Assembly: GCA_001244265.2 (NCBI GenBank) | Contig: CDLV01000010.1 | Location: 1,240,001-1,304,000, forward strand | Origin: Microbotryum violaceum | Taxonomy: Eukaryota | DNA length: 64,000 bases | Reading direction: 5' to 3' | Part shown: positions 1-12,775 of the stretch, in pieces | Layout: every line of letters begins with the position of its first letter | Numbering within the stretch: the stretch's first letter is position 1 | Translations under genes and position numbers: made by a program | Notes under the pieces: model-generated | What the model was told of the DNA's origin: nothing | Database searches by the model: none | The model's input: the letters and a program-made list of their open reading frames with translations, nothing else

Positions 1-74
1 ACAATGACAAGGTGTTCGAACAGGTAGGGGTACTAGCACGGGAGCGCAAATTCTGACGCCTGCAGCGAGATTGC

Positions 75-2797
75 TTATTTCTTCAAGGTGCCGATGATGG
101 TGTTTTTCGCGTACTTGGAGATGACTGAAGCCTCGTGGACCATCAAAAACTCCTCGGTCGCATCTGATATACGTCAATCAGACAGGGAGGGTCAATTGGT
201 GGTTCTCTGAAGGGTAAGTGTAAGCAAGGAAGAGAAACCAACCTTTGCCCGCGTAGAGAAGAATGGCCTTGGGTCCTCCAGGATGATCAGCCAAGAAGTC
301 GGTCGTATTGAGCACCTGCCCGTTAACGACAACCCAGCAGTCATCCTTGGTGGCGTGCTTGGCGACTTCCTCGAGCGTGTACTCCTGTTGAGCGGGCGCC
401 TCTTCCTTGGCAGGGGCGGGAGCGGGCGTGGCGGCCTTGGCCTCACCAGCCGGGCCACCGGTGCGGGCACCGGCACCCGAGGAAGACGAAGACGAAGCAC
501 CTTGGTCGTCCCATGAGAACTCGAGATGAACTTTCTTCGACGAAGGGTCGATACGCACAGTCGTAGCCATGCCGAGGTGCCCACCGACTTGATTGAGACG
601 CGAGTTGGCCTTGCCGGAGGTCGAGATCGACTTGAGCAAGTACGAGGCAGCCGAAGCACCGGCGACACGGCCGAAGACGACGCAGCCGAGCAAAGAAGAT
701 CCACCGAGTCGGTTCGCACCGTGGACACCACCGGCGATCTCGCCCGATGCGAAAAGGCCGGGAATCGGCTTGCCAGCCGTATCGAGAACTCGCGAGGCGG
801 GGTCGATCTCGACACCTCCCATCGTATAGTGGAGAACGGGAGTCATCAAAGCGACGTGGAAGGGACCCGACGTAAGACTCCAGTCGGTGTTGTGGAAGAA
901 CTTCTTGCCAAAGGGGTCCTTCTTGGGGTCCTTGGTGACGGCCACGTAGTCGGCAAAGACCTGGGCGAGCTTATCCTTGGGCAGACCCATCTCCTTGGCC
1001 ACCTCCTCTCCGGTCTCGAACCGCTTCATCAAACCGCGACCGCAGTAGTGCTTGCAGTGCCACTCGATCTCCTTGGACGCTTCACCGTTTAGGATCAATC
1101 GAACGGGGAACTTGTTGTTGTCCCACATGCGACCGGTGACATAGTCACGGTGGCCGAGCTCGTCAGCGAAGCGGTTGCCCTCGGCGTCGAGCAGCAGACC
1201 TCCGACACCTCGCAGTGCCTCGGCGGCCAAGAACTTGACCTTGGCGTCGGGCTCTTTGGGGTCAACCAAACCCGTGGGGTGGACCTGGACCTTCTCGAGA
1301 TCGATACCGTTACCGCCGATGTCGATGACCATCTTTTGGCCGTCGCCGGTGCAGTGGTCGCCGTTGGTGGTCGGGAGATGCATCAAGTCGGGGCGATACT
1401 TTTGCAAAAGACCGCTCTTGGAAAAATCAGCGGCGTAACCACCGGTCGCGAGGACAACGGGGCCGTAGGCCTTGTGGGTGCTACCTTGGTACTCGTACTC
1501 GACACCAACAACTTCGTCGCCCTCCTTGATGAGCTTGGTGACGGCGGCCTTCTTGAGAATCTTGACTCGCTCGGGGTCGGCTTGGGCCAAGTCCTCAAGC
1601 GCCTCCATTTGCGCGAACTGTTGCAGACTCACGCAGGCGCAAGCTAGACAGTCAGGATATTGTTTTGCAATGGACCGACACGAGTGCCACAACAGGCGAT
1701 GGCTCTATCCCGTCTAAGACACTCCGGCTATGGAGGAGCGAAGAAAACTCACGGTGATGGTCATACCAGGAAATTGAGCACGACCACGATGGGTCCGCGG
1801 GAACGACTGGCCACCGAGACGAGAAACCTTGGAGAGGTCGAGGCTGCAGAGACCAACGAGGAAAAGGCAAGGCGCGGCCGGAAAAAAATTAAAGTTGGAA
1901 GTCAGCACCGATGTTGAAGGGCCAAGCGCCTGATGCGCGCGCAGACGTCTCGAGCGCCCCAGGGGAGCGCCCCAGGGTAAGCACGAGGTAGCAATGCGCG
2001 TGCACTCACCCGAACTTGTCCATGAGCCAGTTCACGGCGTCACCAGATTGGCCGGTGAGGACCTCGATGAGATCATCGCGGGCGAGGTCACGAGCCTGTA
2101 ACAAGAATACATCAGGGATGGAGCAGGAGAGTAGGGAGGAAGCAGCAACGCGCGAGCTAGCGCGCCGAGGTTCCCGCCCGGGACGCGGATGTCGAGCGGG
2201 GAGGAAAAAGTCCGGGGAACGCCTCCAAGGCACGCCACGCATCTCACGACACGGCGGCGCCACATTGAACGCCGGTGCCCGACGTGGCCGCCAAGCTGTA
2301 ACATAGCCACAACAAAGTCGTGCAACATGCAGAATAGTCAACTCACCGACTTCTTGGTATCGTCAAAGAACGCCTTGGCTGAGTCGGCAATGTTAAGGTT
2401 CGCCTGGGCTTTGGTGCCGGCGCCGTTGATGCCGGACGTGGCTTTGGTCGAGTTGCCGCCAAAGAAGGAGTTCTGCAGTAACGAAGCGCAGTGGATGCCA
2501 AGGGGTCGAAGTCAGTTTCAGTGAGCTCAAAAATGCGGTCGTGCAGTGTGGGAGATGATGGGGCAATGGGCAGGGTGTGGGGTCGTGCACAGCGTGCAAT
2601 GCTGCCGACGCGATTGGTCGGAACCGGTACGGGGACACGAATCACGCTTCATTCAAGCGGGCGGACGGGGGAGCACCTGGAAGAGGCCGAAGACCGACCT
2701 TGTCAAGAACGAGCGTCGAGGCTCCGCGCTCGAAGAGGGTGTGAGCCGCGCTGAGACCACTGAGGCCACCTCCGACGACGATGACTTGGTTCTGCAT
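75..2797 (-). CDS. Soluble fumarate reductase (flavocytochrome c / Osm1-Frd1 family) with C-terminal cytochrome b5 domain; multi-exon
   Basis: Spliced exons give MQNQVIVVGGGLSGLSAA (FAD-binding), GGNSTKATSGING, VQVHPTG, AEALRG, HYTMGG, HGANRLGGSSL, then the b5 motif HPGG...AGKDATEEF; TAA at 75-77. Confidence 0.93.
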
Positions 2798-4041
2798 GAT
2801 GATGGACAAGACGCGAGTGTTGGGATGAGGACGTAAGAGAGGTTCGAAAGAGCAGATGGGGCTCAGCGCGCGCGGCCTTCGATTTGGAACGGGCGGGGCA
2901 GGGCGGGGCCTCTGGCGGTCTGTATCCGGACCCAAAGACGGGATCCTCTCAAGTTGGTCAGCGCAAGCCCGATGACACTCATAAATATTTTTCCAACTAG
3001 TCCCGCTATTGCCCTTGCATGTATAAATCATTTGGGTTTACGATCAGATTCTGGGCTCTGCAGTAGTCACACAGCTGATCACAATACCCATCTCTCGCTC
3101 ATTAGTCTCGCCTGCCGCTTCTCAAAGTCGGACCGGGACCAGGGTGGCAGGACTCGCCGGCCAAAAGTAGGGCCGAACTTACCTGCGGCAGGGGCTCAGG
3201 CGATTGTATTCCCGCGCAGGTATATTCGTCTCAACGATGATGATGGAGTGAGGCGACATTTGATGTGTTCACATCCAAGCTACCCATATTCCGCCTGACT
3301 TCCGAGGGGATGTTGCTTCAAGAGAATTTCATCTGAGAGCGCTTTTGAGTCTCTGCAGTGGCGCTCGATCGGCGCTGCCCGTCTTAGCATCATCATGTGA
3401 AAAAGCACCTGTAATCACTAGTGGTTAGGTTTTAGGTTGCCTTTCTGCGGCAGGGTTTTACACTGATCACCGGACTCGAGCCTCACAATCTCGCGGTCTG
3501 CACAGTAGATTCCTCGTGGACCGGGCCGTCGGGCTGTCGCATGGCCTATTGCACCGGTAGCATTGTTCGGTCCTCAAAGTTGGACCGGCCCAGCAGCGAT
3601 CTTCGGAAACGCACTGCGCCGAGCGGGAGAGCCCGAGCGATCGCCTCGGGTGTTTCTGAATGCGCGAGGCAAATTTGGACGAGGGCTCTATGCCAGGCGC
3701 CAGTATCACGATAGGGACCTAGACTAGTTGAGCTTCGGGTTTTCCAGGCTTCCTGGACGAATTCCTGCTTTCGACCGAGACTTGGGCCGCAGACGCAGCG
3801 GGACCGGAACCGGCAGCGAGCGAACCCGGAGTCGGGAGCGGGGGTAATATTCTATTCCACAACATGTCAAGAAAATAGGACGAAGAATAAAGAGCGTGTT
3901 TTATAGTTCATTACTTGGGGGATTATTCCAATGCGGTTCATGGGGACAGGCAATACAAGTCGTCAGTCATATAGTACAAGCGGTGGCGTTCGATGGGCGA
4001 TGCGGATGGGTGCGAATAGGAAGGAGCGACTTGTCCGACTG

Positions 4042-7000
4042 TCACTGAGGACACAGCGATGAGAGATTTCAGTCGCTGTAGCCGTGACCAATTCTAAAAA
4101 AGGCATAGCAACGATAATGTGACTCACAACAGAGAAAGCTTGGTAGGCGTAAAGGCCCTCCTCGCGCCCCATCATTCCATCGCCACGAATCACTTCCATC
4201 TTCCTCGCATGCCATCCCGTCTCGGTCGCAACGGAGCCATTCTGCTCATAGAGGCGCAGTAGGGCTTGACGATGAGGGTCATTTTGTGGAAGATGAACGA
4301 GTTTGCGAGGGCCTCTGGCCGTAGGTGACCGGTCGAGCACCGACGAAGTGGCGACATCGACATACCTGCGCAAGCGAAGGTGTGAGACTTAGGGTCAGTC
4401 GTCTCGTCTCAAATCCGAACCTTTTTGCAACGTCATGCAAGTGTGACATACCAGCCTCTTCGGCCCTTGCCCCATATCGGCTTCCAGTTGCCTGCCCCAC
4501 CTTGCACGGCGTCTAGAGCCTTCTCGTCCAATTCGACCACCCTCAAGTTCGTCTCGCGCAAAGCCAACAGGATCTGACAGTTCTCATCCGTCTCACCAAG
4601 ATTCGCCGACACGCTGGCGACCGTTCGCAACAGCACGGTATGTAGCTCGAAAATGCTCAACATTGGGGTCGAAAGAGTTGCGCGACGTTGAGCGGATGAA
4701 GGGGCGACAATTTGTGCCCCCGGCACCGCATTCGAAAGGTCAAGAACCTCGACCCCGGGTGCCTTCTCGATCAAAAACTGCGCTACGCCGCGCATCGTAA
4801 TGGCGCGACATCCCGCAAAACCCAGTTCGATCAAGTGGGGTTGAGGCGGGAAGTGTTCGAGCAGCAGTGCGTCCGTGAGCGGGGTGGACGAGAGGTCGAG
4901 CGTTCTCAATCGGCCCGAGGTGAAAGCGGGCGAGATCGTCAACACGAGCCGTAATTCCGGATGAGACAAAGGGGAAGTGTGAGCCGCATCTCCATACAGC
5001 GAACAATCGACGAGACCCGAGACGACTTCGCCGGAGCCCCACGCCTCATTAGCGTCCATGCCTGCGTGCGACGTGAACGGCGGACAGTCACCGCAAAACA
5101 AGCCTAAAACCGCGGAACCCGTGACGAGACGGCATCGGGCTAAGTTGAGCGCTTTGAGCCGCATCTTCCGTCCACCCGGACCGGCCTGCCCAGCTAGCGC
5201 GAGCCCCTGAAGCAATTCTGGAGAAGCGAGCGTGCCAGCCAGATCGAGATGCGTCAGGTAAGGGAAAGACAGGACGAATGAGGTCAACAGATGCGTCGGC
5301 AGCAGCGAAGATGCCAGACCCAATCGTCGAAAGTGAGGGAAATAAATGCGACGAAGTTTGCGGTGCTTCCCGTCGACGCTGTGTCCGTGGCTGTGGCTGT
5401 GCGCGGTCGGAAGCGACGAGGTCGATAGATGGCTGCTGGAAACACCGGCTTGCCAATCGCTGTCATCCGAGTCGTCATTCTCGTCGATGGCCGTGATGGA
5501 AGACGTGGCCGAAGGCAGCAGAGACGGCGGGCCGAGCCGGTACGTGCCGATGCACTCCTCGATGGCCCGGACGAACACGGTGCTGATGCAGCCACACAGG
5601 TCGAGTGCACGGATCGCCTTCACCTGTTTACTTCCTTCGAGGATCTGCACGACCTTGACTTGTCCTCGCCCGCGGCGACCCGAGGCCGAAGCGGGCACCG
5701 AGCTCGAGCGCTCGGTATCGAGCGAGGTGCCGCGGACCCGGGAGGAAAAGGGTGAGTGCGTTGCACCTCGTTCGTGGAAGGGTGCAGGCACCGAAGACGA
5801 GCGCGACGCAAATGCGGACGGCGGGACAAGGGATCGGTTGAAGCGTGATCGACCTCGTCCCGACAGAGTGGCGGATCGGCCGGTACGCTCGCGACCACGC
5901 TCTTCGATCTCGTCAGTGCCCGGCTCTACGACGAGGGAATGATCATACGCCGCGCCGGAGGAACGGCGCTGGAACGGGAGTCGCTGAGGCAGCGATCGCC
6001 CTCGGACCTCTGGTGAATGATCGAGTCGCCGAGTGGGCCGGCCTTCCCCAAGCTGGAAAACAGCTTTTTCCTCGTCGCTGTCGTCGTCTTCCATCGCTAC
6101 ATCTTGGTAGTCGGACTCGCTAATGACGGTCGAGCTGAGTGAAGACCTTCGTGCCCCGATGGGTGACCGCGATTGCGATGACTGCAAGTGCCGCGCTTGG
6201 AACGGCTCGCGGATTGACGGGGCAGCAACTGCTTCGACGAAAGGCGAGGGGAACGGGGAGAAGAGAGGCGCGCCGGCATCACTGGATGCCGGCTCAAGGT
6301 GGTCGAAGTACCCTTCGTGGTGGGAGTGCGAATCGTCTGATTCCTCATATTCGGCCAGATAGCCTCCCCGGAAGAGCAACTCGTCGAGCACGGCCTTGGT
6401 GAGGGCGCTATCCATGAACTCGGTGAAGGCGAGGCCCTCGAGTCGGCCCGTTTGCTTAAATTTGCCTACGGGACCACCGAACTCGTCGAGATCGTCAGCG
6501 TTCATCTTACGTTCGTCGCCATAGTTCGATCCGGTGGTTATGCTATCTTCTTCGTCGTCACCGGCGCCAGGGAAGTCGAGGGGGCCCTTTCCCAAACGTG
6601 TTCCTCGCAGTAGCTTGAGAAGGCGATGGGGCGTAACGAAACGCTCGTGGGAGCCCTGCCTCAGCGAGCGACTCATCCCAGCAGTTCTAAATCTCGAGAA
6701 TGAGATGGTCTTGGTGTAGAGTAAAGGCGAATCGGCCGCGTTTAGCGAGATGGGGGCTTCGTTCTCGCCGCCACCTAGCAAGAGGAAGGGGTTTTCAAAG
6801 CGACGAGGGTGTGAATGGTGCAAAAGACACAATTGCGAGTGGAGGGGGGTATTTGGAGAGCTCACCAGTCGTCGTATCGAACGAGTGAGAGGAATCATCT
6901 CTCCCATGCTTGCTCACGGTGTCCGCCAGGGGCCCGGCAAGTTTGGCCCACTTGGTGTCGTTCGTCCAGTTCGGCACAACAGAGCGTCCACGGTCCTCGT

Positions 7001-7430
7001 TGGAGGTGCTAACTTCAATTCCTGCGATCGAGTTGAGGCTCCAACCCGAGCCCAGCGTATCATCCTTCTTGCGTCGGTCCATACGTTGACCGTGCTCGTA
7101 CTCGTCTACGACTCGCAGAACGCCTTCCCAGCTCTTGGGGAAGCCGAACGATATCTTGCGCCAGAGCGCCCTCGTTGCCTCGTCGCCCCATGTCTTGTCC
7201 ACAAGCGCAAGGTTGCGGAACGTTTCGCGCAGCTGCTCAGCACGAGGTGGGGCGAGGCGAGGCGGCATCCACAGGCTTTCTCGCGGCAAGAGATGGAGGT
7301 ACGGGTCGGGCGATGGGAACGGCTCGGGCGGCGGCAGGATCGTGTAGTAGAGATGCTGGATGATGAGGTAGACGATCTCTGGAGGAAAATGTCCCGGTTC
7401 GAGTTCGGGATTGAGCGACAAAGCGTTCAT
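4042..7430 (-). CDS. F-box-like / RNI-like leucine-rich repeat protein; multi-exon
   Basis: N-terminal FPPEIVYLII (F-box-like); LRR units LDLCGC, LTHLDLAGT, LNLARC, LDLSST. A GTGAGC..CTAG intron joins ORFs 6795-7751 and 4433-6907. The 3' end is 4042 if the last intron is spliced, otherwise 3963. Confidence 0.72.
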
Positions 7431-7768
7431 GGCCGGTGAAGAAGCGTGATTGCCGGACACAGGCCTGGTAGTGGGGGACCTCGATTGCGTAGACGTGTCG
7501 GCGGGTGAACCCCCACGCGGGGTCCCCTGTGCACCGATCGAGTCCGCGTTAGGCCACCTGTGCAGCATGAGATGCGCAGGGCAGAAGATCGCTGCTTGGG
7601 ACTCACCTCGTGGCTTTGGGTGAGGTTGAACCGCACCATGGTCCTCGGAGCCTTCTGACGAGCAAGCAATGGAGTAATCGAAGTGTGCCGGTGGCCCTGG
7701 CGGTGGGTTGGCAACCGGCAGAAGCCGGCTTCTGCCAGCGCCCCCATACACGCCCGCATGGGGAGGAC

Positions 7769-10143
7769 AGGACCCCCGAAAGCCCGGCCTGAGGCGCGTA
7801 GTGCCCGACTGGACAAATTATGGGCCTCAGATGGGTCAAAATCGCGAAGGCGCGTAGTCGGGGGTGGACACATCAGGTGCGCCGGTGCGGGTGGGGTCCT
7901 AGGCCCGCAAGTGCCAATGGACAAATCTGGGCCCATTTCAGCCACGTTCGGCTTGGTACGCCAGAGATTGCCGACCCTCAAGAAGGTGCGGAGAGCGCGC
8001 GAAGCACTCTGGCCTGTACCGAATTCACAACAAGGGCTCTAATGGTTCGATTTTGCAATTATAGGCCTCTTGGCTGGTTGAACGAGCCGTCTCGTCTGAG
8101 TGCGCCGTCTCTTGCCTCCCCCGCCGCGTCGCGTCGTCTGTGCCATCATCGTCATTATCCTACGTTCTCGCTTCAGCCAGCTTCAACGAAATGTATCTAG
8201 ACGATCCGGATATCGAGCTCCTTGACAATTATTTCGAGCGAATGGCACCCTTCTTGGACGTGAGGGTGTCTTGAACTTCTCGCCTTTCGCTTCGACAACC
8301 CGGAGACCTAAGTACAGCTTTCGTGGTCGACAGTCGAGCCTCTCGAGTTCGATACTCTTCCTAGGCCGTTCGATGCTTGGAGGGACAAGTTCAAGGATCG
8401 TGGAGCAATTACTGCGGCGTAAGCAAGATTACCGGTCTATTGCTGTCGCTGGTCACCGGCTGCCTTTCGGTGTCGAAAGCATCTGGCGGCATATAGATTA
8501 CGCCGAGCGCATGCGTTCGATCGTTATCAGTAGCCAAAAGTTGATGGAAATTCATCTGGGTGTCGACATCGAATCGTCAAGGCTCTGGAGGTGCTGCCGC
8601 CACTGCTCGTTGAGGTGCAATATACCCCCTCAATGATTCTCGGGTGTAGCGCGTCCTTTCACACGCTGCTCGATTTCGTTGGTAAGCAGCCAAATTGTTC
8701 GTCTGTTCGATGGCGTGATTGATTGGAATTGTTCTTCGTGCTTTTCCTAGGGACAACGTGGCTTAGAGAAAGGTCTCGTCGTGCTGGACCCAAAAGAGCA
8801 GAAGTCAGTAGAAAACGCTGTTCGCTCTTTAGCTGCTCTTGGCCTTAACAATGATGCTACACTGTAAGTTGAGTGCCATGAGACCTGTACCAGCCTCCTC
8901 TGAGCTGATAACTCATCTCTTCCAATTCTAGGCTTGCCGTTCAGCAGGCCTACGACGAGGCCGATGCTCAAGCAGGAGAATGCTTCCTGTTCGACGCCAA
9001 TGTGACAGCAAATGAAAGCTTGCCGGGTCATGTAGCTTCATTTAAGCAATCGGTTTCGTGTAGCAAAACTATATGGAACCAGTATTCTTTCACAGGCTCA
9101 AATTCTTCGGCTCCCATCCTTTCTGCGTCACAAATCTCGTCAGCTTGCGCTTGATCTGAAAAGCTTGATCCAGCACCGACGGGCACATCAATGCATCCAC
9201 CTCAGAGCTGTCCTACTCAAGGGAAGGCACGGCACCACCACCTCGACTTCCCAAGTTTCCGATCCCACATCAAAAGCAAAATTGTCCGAGCACGGTGAAA
9301 TGCACTCTAGTGTCCTCCGAGGCTTCGTGCATTCAATGCGTGCAGCCCGTCTCGAAACCGTGTCAGGAGTTGCGAGGTCCCTTCGTTGGACAGGACAAGG
9401 GACCTTCAGTCGCTTTTTGACCGCAAACGAGACGGAAAACATAGGATACATCAAAGACGGACGTAAAGAAGTGAGCTGCAATTATGTGCTCTGCACATAT
9501 GGCTCAGAGAGCGCTCATCAATAATGTTCATTCTTGCCCAAGTACGGATGCAATTGCGAGCAAGGCAATACACGGCATTCGCCAAGATCCCATCGTTTGG
9601 GTCGATCGACGGAAACGTTATGTCAGCTACGCCTTTGGAGTCGGCTCTCTTGTCTGCTTTGTATTGAAATGAGGCATGATATTTGTCAGTTGTGACGCCA
9701 GCAACATAGGAGAAGAACGACTGTCGATTGGACTTGGTTCGTACATCTCACGGTAGCTAGCTTACTGCTTCGCAGAATGACTGCAATCGATCTTAACTCT
9801 CGTGGTACGTTACATACATACCATGGCCACGTTAAATCATAGTCAAATAGGTTGGCAGTAAGTGCAGGTGAGCAGCCCTCGGCGAAGCAGAACCGAAACG
9901 GCTGACGCGCGCGCGGGCTCTAGCGATTCGGTCCGGGCGAAAACGTCCGGATGGCGTTTTCGCGATTTTTGGAGATGTTTTAGAGCATTCGAAGCAATTC
10001 TAGAGCTATCTTTGGACGGGCGTAGATGGACTGGACATTTTGGGGACCTTTTTGGCCGGAACATCCAAAAATTGGTGGACAAATGAGGTCCAAAATCCCG
10101 GATTTTGGCGGATTTTACCTCAGGCTGGGCTTTCGGGGATCCT
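7769..10143. mobile_element. Class II (TIR) DNA transposon, 2375 bp, 26-bp imperfect TIRs, 8-bp target-site duplication GGGAGGAC
   Basis: Left end AGGACCCCCGAAAGCCCGGCCTGAGG (7769-7794) is the reverse complement, with 2 mismatches, of CCTCAGGCTGGGCTTTCGGGGATCCT (10118-10143). GGGAGGAC at 7761-7768 and 10144-10151. Subterminal TGGACA motifs at both ends. Confidence 0.85.
8191..9672 (+). pseudogene. Multi-exon gene of unknown function inside the TIR element, probably disrupted
   Basis: Frame-consistent GT-AG introns (8260-8317, 8682-8750, 8864-8931) join exons MYLDDPDIELLDNYFERMAPFLD / LSWSTVEPLEFDTLPRPFDAWRDKF / GQRGLEKGLVVLDP / LAVQQAYDEADAQ. At least one in-frame TGA near 8634. Ends approximate. 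Confidence 0.5.
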
Positions 10144-10196
10144 GGGAGGACGGGCGAAACGGCCGCGCCAAATTCGCTTAGAGGATGTGTTACTAA

Positions 10197-10454
10197 CACA
10201 TGCGCCCGCGAAGCTCATGGAGCCCATATGGAAAATCGCCGTATGTCTGCAAAGACCAAAGCTACCTTGCACCGTGAACGGCTCCCTTCCAATTTCAATC
10301 AGCATCGATTGAAATTGTTTTTTTTTGCCAGCCCCTTCACAACTAACTACACGCAAAGTTACCTTGCGCCTTGAATGACTCCGATCCCTTCTGATTCCGC
10401 ATCGCTTGAGACTGCTGGCTTTTTTGGCTGTGTAGTCCAGTTGTGAAGGGGCTG

Positions 10455-10492
<38 letters not shown>

Positions 10493-10606
10493 AATCGATG
10501 CTGATTGACATCAGAAGGGAGCCGTTCACGGTGCAAGGTAACTTTGGTCTTTGCAGACGTACGGCGTTTTTCCATATGGGCTCCATGAGTTTGGCGCGCG
10601 CCTGTG
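10197..10606. mobile_element. MITE / foldback element, 410 bp, ~155-180 bp inverted arms, TAA target-site duplication
   Basis: Arms 10197-~10352 and ~10429-10606 are reverse complements (CACA...TGTG termini). TAA at 10194-10196 and 10607-10609. The T-tract and A-tract in the two arms differ in length. Confidence 0.85.
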
Positions 10607-10662
10607 TAATGCCCACTTTGGAGGCCTCCCACTCTCCCCAAGTACCGCTGGTGGCTGGACAT

Positions 10663-11297
10663 AGTTGGAAGGAGCGACGAGCGGTCGAGGAGGTCTGTGC
10701 GGCGTACGCGCGAGTGCAAGAGGGCCTGAATAGAATTTGATAGGCCTGATCCCGCGCGTGACAAATTAAACTGGGTCTTTTTGGCGCGGTCTCGTGGATG
10801 TCCAAGCGACAGGCGCTCGTCACCGTATCCAGCCCCGAGGCCGAGTACGTTGCTATGTCGTTTGCTGCGCGCGAGGGCATCTGGCTTCGTCGCCTCCTTG
10901 CCGAGCTCGGCTTTGCCCAGAGCGAACCGACAAAGCTTCATGGCGACAACCAGTCGGCGATCCAACTCGCCAAACACCCGGCCTTCCATGCTCGTACTAA
11001 GCACATCGGCATCCACTTTCACTTCATCCGAGACCACATTGCCGAGGGTACGATCGAGATGGTCTGGATTCCCACGAACACGATGGCGGCGGATGTCTTG
11101 ACCAAAGGGCTCGGGTTGCGGAAGCACTGGGATTTTGTACACGCGATGGGTTTGGTAGATGCATCGCGTGAAGGGGCGAGTTGGAAGGAGCGACGAGCGG
11201 TCGAGGAGGTCTGTGCGGCGTACGCGCGAGTGCAAGAGGGCCTAAATAGAATTTGATAGGCCTGATCCCGCGCGTGACAAACTGGGTCTTTTCCTCA
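10663..11297 (+). mobile_element. Internally deleted Ty1/Copia LTR retrotransposon (LTR - RNase H fragment - PPT - LTR)
   Basis: SKRQALVTVSSPEAEY...GDNQSAI...HARTKHI...ADVLTKGL is the Copia RNase H signature. ~119-bp direct repeats at 10663-~10781 and 11179-11297. Purine tract GAAGGGG before the 3' copy. Confidence 0.92.
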
Positions 11298-12604
11298 CGT
11301 TTGGCTCTGCATCGGATCAGGTGTGTACTTCGCGATTCATGCCTCAATGTGCTAAATGATTAACTCTGACGTTTGGCTCTGCATCGGATCAGTCCATTGT
11401 TCAACTGACATGGCGTGGTCTCAAGCCCTCGACCCAAAGGATCATCGCATAAAGCCCAAAATTCAGTCTACGACAGCTTTGAGGGTTTGAACCTATTGAT
11501 TGGGGGTGCCCACTCTCCCTTTACGCCAAGCAAGCTCGCCGATGCTTCATTCTCGATCCTTGCTGCCCCCACCTCCACTCGGTGCGAAGCTGGCCCAGAT
11601 CGCGGACTAGCCGTCCCTGGCAGACGAGTCCATCCCCTGTGACCCCTTCAATTGTGTGCGCAAACGTCTCTGCGACATTGCACACCTATGCACCCTCGTG
11701 CACGCTCGGATCAAAAAAGCCTCCCGCAACCCGGTTCGTCGCGATACCCTAAGATGCCCACCGCCGAGTACACATCGAATCGTTGTGGAGATGGGGAGCA
11801 GAGCGAGGACCCCAATCCACGGGGAGTGATCAGCGGGACAGTAGGTGTTATGGAGATTCAGCGACTGAGTCACACTTGTGGAAAAGAGGGCAGGAACGTG
11901 CAAGTGGGCAGTGGATCGAATGAGGGCACGTACAGGCTCCTGCTAAAGATCAAATCCTTGTCTTGGAGCACACAGATATTCCTTTTAATTTTTTTTTGGT
12001 CCGTTGACTCGCCGCGTTGGAGCCCTCGAGTCACATGTGCCCCGCATCGCAACTCAGCTCCGTGTCGGAGTTCGCAATGAATCGAGGCGGAAGCGAGGTC
12101 GCCTGTCGCCCCAGCTTGATCGATAATGCGGGGGCAACAACTACTGTATCGATCACGGCGATCTCAAGACTGTGGTGATCTGCAGAGCTTAACCTGCTTT
12201 ACTGATACTTGAACGAGCTTGATCGATGATTTATTTAGTTTTTACAGAGGCGGATCGCTGACTTTAATGTCGGGTGAAATGGTCCCCTGTCCGCCATTTC
12301 GCTTCAGATCCGCGCCGCGCCGCGGCCGCCTTCGGGATGTGGCGCTCTGCGCTCGGCACAGGTGAAGAAGATCAAAAGCGGTGGCGTTATGGAAATTAGC
12401 TTCGCTCAGGGGTGCGTGTTGGCCACCCCAAAGTCATAAACCACCTCGCACACATCTCTCTCTTTTATGCCTTCTCGATCGGCTTGGATCGACTTCCTGG
12501 GACGGGCAAACGCGACGATCCTTGGTTGTTCTAAGATTCCCGTGGGGGTTACTATGGTATAGCAAAGCGGTCGATCACAGTTGATATGGAATGATAAGGG
12601 AAAA

Positions 12605-12775
12605 GATGGGACCGAGACCGAAGACGAGGGAGACGAGAGACAAGAGACGGGAGAGAGAGCGACCGGAACGGAGAGACAGGGAAGAGAAAGGGGCCCAAAC
12701 CGAGAAACGAGACCGAGAACGAGAACGAAACGCTGAGATTGGAGACTGGAGACGAGGCCGAACGAGACTTGAAAC
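12605..12775. repeat. GA-rich low-complexity tract (GAGAC/GAGAAC units)
   Basis: Repeated gagacg, gagaga, gagaac. Confidence 0.6.

Noticed and set aside
192..1647. Long overlapping and antisense ORFs over the fumarate reductase (similar ones over FOX2, the kinases and the MFS gene)
   Set aside because: Shadow frames caused by GC-rich codon bias; no motifs.
11297..11392. 24-bp direct repeat ACGTTTGGCTCTGCATCGGATCAG next to the Copia LTR
   Set aside because: Both copies are on the same side of the element, so it is not a TSD; likely a local duplication.
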